A stretch of DNA of 40,254 nucleotides from a virus (lineage: Duplodnaviria > Caudoviricetes). Made by a program: the position numbers and the translations under genes. The stretch covers positions 1 through 40,254 of the IMG/VR virus record IMGVR_UViG_3300027819_000027; one strand, 5' to 3'. Below, piece after piece: positions 36,107-40,254 of the stretch (positions are counted from its first letter, which is position 1; every line of letters starts with the position of its first letter). The notes under the pieces are model-generated. The model did not search any database. It saw only the letters and a list, made by a program, of their open reading frames with translations, and was not told where the DNA came from.

Positions 36107-36205
36107 TAAGTTGTTGATTACATACAGGATTGTGGCCCTTTGGGTGTTTTTTGGGGCCGCGGATTTCACAGATTTGGGATTTTTCCCGACTGTAAGTGGT
36201 TGATT
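36107..36205 (-). promoter_or_regulatory. Two IHF-consensus sites
   Basis: TAAGTTGTTGATT (36107-36119) and TAAGTGGTTGATT (36193-36205) match the reverse complement of WATCAANNNNTTR. Confidence 0.45.
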
Positions 36206-36499
36206 TTATTGATGCCGGAGCTTGGCACGGATTATGCTGTATATTGGGTGAGCGCGGCGGGACATGATATATTCTACATTGATAAAACGGCTGACCATTA
36301 CGAGAGCCGCTATAGTAGCGATGCAGAATTAGCGGCCAACGCGAGATTGATCGCCGCCGCTCCCGAACTATTGGAGGCTTGCCGGGCGATTGCGGCCCTC
36401 GCCGATGGCCAGGGGAGGATGAATATGCTGGAGGTGGCCGGCATGGCACGTCAGGCCACAGCTAGGGCGGAGACGGAAAGGTGTGATGAATATGAATGA
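36140..36499 (+). CDS. Hypothetical phage protein (NARLIAAAPELL family); start uncertain
   Basis: ANARLIAAAPELLEAC motif common in phage early genes. Confidence 0.6.
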   Translation: MGVFWGRGFHRFGIFPDCKWLILLMPELGTDYAVYWVSAAGHDIFYIDKTADHYESRYSSDAELAANARLIAAAPELLEACRAIAALADGQGRMNMLEVAGMARQATARAETERCDEYE

Positions 36500-36668
36500 G
36501 CAGGAATTGGAGAAGGCGGCGGACAGCGCGGTCCCGACTGACCGGGAAACACTGGCCGCTCTCCGGGCCAGCTACGAGGAGCGCATGGAGATAATCAGGG
36601 CACTAATCGAGGAAAATAAGGCCCTGGCGGATGAGAATAGAGCATTACGGGAGGTGAGTAAATGTTAA
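36483..36668 (+). CDS. Small coiled-coil hypothetical protein
   Basis: Operon-like overlaps, AAGGTG RBS. Confidence 0.55.
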   Translation: MMNMNEQELEKAADSAVPTDRETLAALRASYEERMEIIRALIEENKALADENRALREVSKC

Positions 36669-36859
36669 TAACAATTGGACGGGAGGATGAGGACGTTAGG
36701 ATTTCTATCCACGATTGCAACCGGGCGGAGGTGGACAAAAAAATCCCCGGACTAGAGTGGCGGCCGGTGAGAAATAGTACCACGTTTGCCGTCCTTAAAA
36801 TTGCAAACGTGGACATATCTTTTTTCGAGGAGGTGCCCCATGACCAAGAAGGAGTTTGA
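36662..36859 (+). CDS. Hypothetical protein
   Basis: GGAGG RBS, overlapping neighbours. Confidence 0.55.
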   Translation: MLITIGREDEDVRISIHDCNRAEVDKKIPGLEWRPVRNSTTFAVLKIANVDISFFEEVPHDQEGV

Positions 36860-36980
36860 CGATCGAGAGCGGTACCCTTATCTGGACCCGCTGCCAAAAT
36901 ATGACTGGTGGGAGCTGGCCGGCGGAGTTTTGTTGATGCTGGGGGTTGTGGCCCTGGGGTATGCGCTGCTGTGGATGTGA
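36840..36980 (+). CDS. Small membrane protein
   Basis: GAGGAGG before ATG 36840; C-terminal TM. Confidence 0.55.
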   Translation: MTKKEFDDRERYPYLDPLPKYDWWELAGGVLLMLGVVALGYALLWM

Positions 36981-37009
36981 GGCATGCTATCAACTGGGAG
37001 GGATGAATT

Positions 37010-37159
37010 GTGGACTCATGTATTTGGACTGAGGCGGGCGATGGTATTTGGGAAACTGGTTGTGGGAAAACGTGTGACTTTTTGATGGACGGCGATCCGG
37101 AATATAACGGGATGACGTTTTGTCCCTTTTGTGGGGCGCCATTAAAGATGGACGTTTAG
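37010..37159 (+). CDS. Small zinc-ribbon protein, 49 aa
   Basis: C.W......WET.CG...FCPFCG; GGGAGG RBS; read manually. Confidence 0.6.
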   Translation: MDSCIWTEAGDGIWETGCGKTCDFLMDGDPEYNGMTFCPFCGAPLKMDV

Positions 37160-37315
37160 TCCAGTTGACTGGACTGGATTAAAAAAGTTCTTGACTTTCG
37201 GCTCCTTTATGGCACAATAAAAGTCATCAGGTTCGTCGGCGGACGACTTGCAGCCCCTGGCCTTGATCTGGGGGCTGGCCTGGTGACTTAAAATAATGCT
37301 ATCAAGGAGCATATT

Positions 37316-37762
37316 ATGGAAACATCAGTTCGTAAAGTAAAATCCCGCAACAAGAAAGCCTATCATCCCGGTTTCGTTTTGTTCCCTCATGCAATTATTG
37401 ACAGCGGAGCATTTAAGGAGCTATCTAATTCTGCAAGAGTTGTTCTGCTTTTGCTTATGCGGCAAAAGGGGAAGAACGTCGCTCAACCATCGGTAAAATT
37501 CCCATACAAGGACGCCCGTAAATATTTGAACGGTTCAACATTCTCAAAAGCAACAGACGATCTGGTAAAGTTTGGCTTTATTGATTTGGAAGTAGCGAAG
37601 CGGTTAGGCTCCGATATTAGGCAACCGAACGTATATGTTTTCTCCGACAGGTGGGTGACGGTGACCTTGCCTATGGCAGATTCTATAAGGTGTCCTAAGA
37701 ATAGGACTATGAAGGACATTAAAACAGGGCTTTACACTCCTAAGCTTAGGACGATGGGTTAG
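37316..37762 (+). CDS. Winged-HTH replication-initiator-like protein
   Basis: FVLFPHAIIDS.AFKELS..AR.VLL...L...GFI...PN.Y; AAGGAG RBS; repeats at the 3' end. Confidence 0.6.
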   Translation: METSVRKVKSRNKKAYHPGFVLFPHAIIDSGAFKELSNSARVVLLLLMRQKGKNVAQPSVKFPYKDARKYLNGSTFSKATDDLVKFGFIDLEVAKRLGSDIRQPNVYVFSDRWVTVTLPMADSIRCPKNRTMKDIKTGLYTPKLRTMG

Positions 37763-37819
37763 ATCACAGCAGGCTTCATGCTCCTAAAAGTAGGACTATA
37801 CATACTCCTAAAAGTAGGA
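37693..37819. repeat. Four TCCTA-N4-TAGGA palindromic repeats (iteron-like)
   Basis: Copies at 37693, 37738, 37782 and 37806. Confidence 0.85.
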
Positions 37820-37857
37820 TTGGGAAAGGATATGCGTAGCTGACGCGATAGCGATTC

Positions 37858-38034
37858 TCAAGGCGGCTCAATTCCATCCCTCCGTTTTATCCCCGGCAAC
37901 GTTGCAATATTCACCCGGCAGACATGGTCGGGGTCTCGCCGGCCAGGCATCAACTCGCCGGCGATTGTCCAGAGTTCCCGCCGACAGGTGATGCAGCGTC
38001 CGACATATAGCTTGCGCTTGTCTTGGTTTTTCAT
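37858..38034 (-). CDS. Small hypothetical protein (CITC...HVC)
   Basis: ATG at 38034; last gene of leftward operon. Confidence 0.5.
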   Translation of the reverse strand: MKNQDKRKLYVGRCITCRRELWTIAGELMPGRRDPDHVCRVNIATLPGIKRRDGIEPP

Positions 38035-38053
38035 TAGCTGCCTTCTTGCGCTG

Positions 38054-38245
38054 TTATGTGGACAATACAGCATGATACGATTTATCCAGCAATGCCTTAA
38101 ATTCCTCAGCCGCTTCTTTGTCGAGCCAATGAAACAATCGTGGAGATTCAAAGTTGTGGTCTCCAACTGGCCGGACTGCCCACATCCCATAAAAGGATTC
38201 GTCGCAAAAAACCTCCCATTTAACCCGTATTTTTGTATCTCTCAC
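38054..38245 (-). CDS. Cassette-borne hypothetical protein
   Basis: GGAGG then GTG; stop in GTTATGT core. Confidence 0.6.
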   Translation of the reverse strand: MRDTKIRVKWEVFCDESFYGMWAVRPVGDHNFESPRLFHWLDKEAAEEFKALLDKSYHAVLST

Positions 38246-38252
38246 AATACCT

Positions 38253-38313
38253 CCATAATCAATCACTACAGCGGACGTCTAGGAGTGCCTGCCACCGCCC
38301 CTTGGCGTTATCT
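38253..38313 (+). repeat. Degenerate attC-like site
   Basis: CCATAAT CAATCACTACAGCGGAC...GGCGTTATCT; 5' arm nearly matches the minus strand of site a. Confidence 0.6.
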
Positions 38314-38490
38314 CTTAAGATCATCAATCGCATCGTCAAGTGTATCCGCAACATCCTTTAGACTTTTGACCGTGTACGTTCCGGGATGATCAGTCAACAC
38401 GCCGCCCATCGTGATTACATCCTTAACCACTGCAACAGGCGTAAGTGCTGTCTGGATTACTACCGCCGTTAATTTCCCCAAGAATCCCAT
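38308..38490 (-). CDS. Small hypothetical protein (MGFLGKLTAVV...)
   Basis: GAGGAGG RBS; stop in GTTATCT core. Confidence 0.65.
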   Translation of the reverse strand: MGFLGKLTAVVIQTALTPVAVVKDVITMGGVLTDHPGTYTVKSLKDVADTLDDAIDDLKR

Positions 38491-38522
38491 AATCCCCTCC
38501 TCCTCAAAATTAAGGTAAAAAT

Positions 38523-38795
38523 TCACTCTATCGGAGTGCCAAAAAGAGGCGCGCGCCTCTTTTTCCCCTTTTGCCAGCCTTTTCCGCGCGGGACACAGCA
38601 CTCACACAAATCCATCCTGCCCGGAAACTTTACCCCATAATCCCTTGCCAGCCGGTCAAGGGTTTGCCGGTTGATCTCAAGCGTGGCCGCTGTCAGCCTC
38701 TTGGAATACCCCAGGCCGGCAAAGTCCCTGAGAATTTTAGACGGCGGCTCGTTGTATTCCTGCCGAAGCATTCTTTCAACGTTGTGGTATGCCAT
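38523..38795 (-). CDS. Small HTH-like protein
   Basis: GYSKRLTAATLEINRQTLDRLA. Confidence 0.6.
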   Translation of the reverse strand: MAYHNVERMLRQEYNEPPSKILRDFAGLGYSKRLTAATLEINRQTLDRLARDYGVKFPGRMDLCECCVPRGKGWQKGKKRRAPLFGTPIE

Positions 38796-39038
38796 TTAAA
38801 GCCCCTCTCTTTTCTGCCCTACGCCTACCACGTCTTTTGCAATGTGTAGCCCGAATGACCTATCACAGGGCAAGGAAACGGCACTTACCGGGGACATCTC
38901 TCGTGTGCATCCTTTGGAGTAAAACGTAAAATACTCACACCGCCGCGTAATCGATCCTGGTTTAAACCCCACACAATCGTTTTGCTCCCCCTGAGCCGTG
39001 CAGATGCTTTGTGTTACCGTTTGTCTGTAGTCGATCAT
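38796..39038 (-). CDS. Cys-rich hypothetical protein
   Basis: 80-aa ORF in operon. Confidence 0.5.
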   Translation of the reverse strand: MIDYRQTVTQSICTAQGEQNDCVGFKPGSITRRCEYFTFYSKGCTREMSPVSAVSLPCDRSFGLHIAKDVVGVGQKREGL

Positions 39039-39048
39039 AATTCCCTTT

Positions 39049-39459
39049 CTAGTTTGGCAGCTTGGCCAGGAGTTCTTTTAGCTCTATGATTTTATCTTCA
39101 TAGAAGCCCTTTGGAAGCTTACACACTTGGCGGCTCGCGTCCAGGTGTTCGTTGTACCTTTTCGCCCCGATTTCCCCAATCAATTTAGGCACAAATATTT
39201 CGTAATTGCCCCGTAACGGCCCGTTACAATAATAACACTGCGGCCTGACGACATCGTCCTGGAATAGGATGTAGTTTCCCCGCCCCCCGATCCCGTGGCC
39301 GGCTTGTAGGTTTTTCCAGAGATCAATTTTCCCGCAGGTGTAGCATTGGCAAAGTCCGTCATCGTAGGAATATTTCAGCCGGACCATTTTCGAAAACAAA
39401 TCCCAGCAATCCTTCTTCATCTGTTTAGGTGTTTTCCCTTTGGACTTTTTCTTTTCCAC
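39049..39459 (-). CDS. ninG: NinG/Rap-like recombination endonuclease
   Basis: W.LFS..VR...CYTCG...QAGH...RPQCYYCN. Confidence 0.8.
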   Translation of the reverse strand: MEKKKSKGKTPKQMKKDCWDLFSKMVRLKYSYDDGLCQCYTCGKIDLWKNLQAGHGIGGRGNYILFQDDVVRPQCYYCNGPLRGNYEIFVPKLIGEIGAKRYNEHLDASRQVCKLPKGFYEDKIIELKELLAKLPN

Positions 39460-39475
39460 TTTACCCCCTTGTTGC

Positions 39476-39515
39476 CTCAATAGGCGGAATAGTTCCGCTT
39501 ATTGCGCTGTTATGC
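39476..39515 (+). other. attI-like array-head site, copy 2
   Basis: CTCAATAGGCGGAATAGTTCCGCTTATTGCGCTG|TTATGC. Confidence 0.65.
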
Positions 39516-39755
39516 ATCAACAACACCGGTGTCCATCCGGTCATCGGCTGAAAAATGCCGCCGGTTATAGTTGCCACCGAGCGCCGATGAAAGCGCCTTT
39601 CCTTTTTCGTCATCGAACAGCTTCACAACCATGCCGTCAGGCCAAATCTGTGCGCCAATCGCTAAAACTTTCCCCGCCTTGTTTGCGTCGCGCACGGCCT
39701 GAAAAAGCGGCTCCAGCAGGGTTATTTGTTCTTCCGTCAGTTCAATTTTCAGCAT
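39510..39755 (-). CDS. Cassette A hypothetical protein, 81 aa
   Basis: GGAG RBS; bounded by GTTATGC/GCATAAC; stop in core. Confidence 0.72.
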   Translation of the reverse strand: MLKIELTEEQITLLEPLFQAVRDANKAGKVLAIGAQIWPDGMVVKLFDDEKGKALSSALGGNYNRRHFSADDRMDTGVVDA

Positions 39756-39774
39756 CTCGTTTCTCCAAGTTGTT

Positions 39775-39843
39775 GCATAACCCGGCAGTCCACCTGACCT
39801 GCCGCGATAAGGCCGCGTCAGTCAGGTGACTTTTGCGTTAGGC
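39775..39843 (+). repeat. attC-like site A (long allele)
   Basis: GCATAAC...GTTAGGC. Confidence 0.9.
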
Positions 39844-39931
39844 ACAGCCCAGTACCAAATGTCGTCGCGCAACTTGACACCCTCGGCAAACGGGTGTGAC
39901 CTTTTTCTTTTCCACTTTACCCCCTTAATAT

Positions 39932-39971
39932 ATCAATAGGCGGAACTATTCCGCTTATTGCGCTGTTATCT
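39932..39971 (+). other. attI-like array-head site, copy 3
   Basis: ATCAATAGGCGGAACTATTCCGCTTATTGCGCTG|TTATCT. Confidence 0.65.
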
Positions 39972-40151
39972 TTTAGATATTTCCTTTATTTCTTGCTCGA
40001 TAATTTTTTTACTATTTCTTCGCCGGGTAACACGAGAGAAAAACTTAGCTATTTTTCTGATCCCGATTATTTCCCACGGACTCCGGCCAGCTTTATGTCC
40101 CTGCTCCGTTTTTCGGGCATAATAATTAGCATAATAATTATTGTAACTCAC
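39966..40151 (-). CDS. Cassette B basic hypothetical protein
   Basis: GTG at 40151; AT-rich; bounded by GTTATCT/ATATAAC; stop in core. Confidence 0.55.
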   Translation of the reverse strand: MSYNNYYANYYARKTEQGHKAGRSPWEIIGIRKIAKFFSRVTRRRNSKKIIEQEIKEISKR

Positions 40152-40171
40152 GTGATCAACCCCAATTAAAA

Positions 40172-40230
40172 ATATAACCAGTTCACTCCAGCCGACCGCA
40201 GAATCGCGGCGGCTGACCTTTGCGTTATGC
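40172..40230 (+). repeat. attC-like site B
   Basis: ATATAAC...CAGCCGACCGC...GCGGCGGCTG...GTTATGC. Confidence 0.88.
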
Positions 40231-40254
40231 TCGATGTAGAGCACTCCGGCTGAT

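Larger units (their letters stand above)
1..40254. mobile_element. Near-complete circular(ised) podovirus-type phage genome with P22/Sf6-like head-tail module
   Basis: terS-terL-portal-scaffold-capsid-adaptor-hub-ejection-tailspike-lysis gene order; ends overlap (1-99 = 39742-39840; 91-126 = 40219-40254). Confidence 0.93.

Noticed and set aside
1-40254. Phage-encoded integron integrase or prophage integrase
   Set aside because: No ORF shows tyrosine recombinase R...HxxR...Y or serine recombinase motifs

Overview
The window looks like an essentially complete ~40 kb podovirus-type phage genome with a P22/Sf6-like virion module and overlapping contig ends. The minus-strand late operon runs terS, terL, portal, scaffold, major capsid, a four-gene modification block, adaptor and hub, three ejection proteins, tailspike and lysis genes. 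The replication module has an SF2 helicase, RepB-type primase, exonuclease, SSB-like protein, HTH regulator and NinG. I see no integrase, integron integrase, tRNA or CRISPR. The main signal is integron-type gene cassettes: nine attC-like sites at 6988-9132 and three more at 38253-40230, one of which is repeated at 34-102. Each cassette's two core heptamers are complementary, every cassette ORF is antisense to the usual attC polarity, and each array starts at a conserved hairpin plus TTGCGCTG|TT attI-like site. The two contig ends show the same junction with and without a 387-bp segment, breaking exactly at attC G|TT. Other notable features: a group I intron with an HNH gene inside the major capsid gene; a 9-nt stop-containing insert in the terminase Walker A that a Gly-to-Gly ribosome hop would repair; and glycosyltransferase, radical SAM and B12-radical SAM genes inside the virion operon. 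All product calls come from motif recognition and gene order, with no database search.
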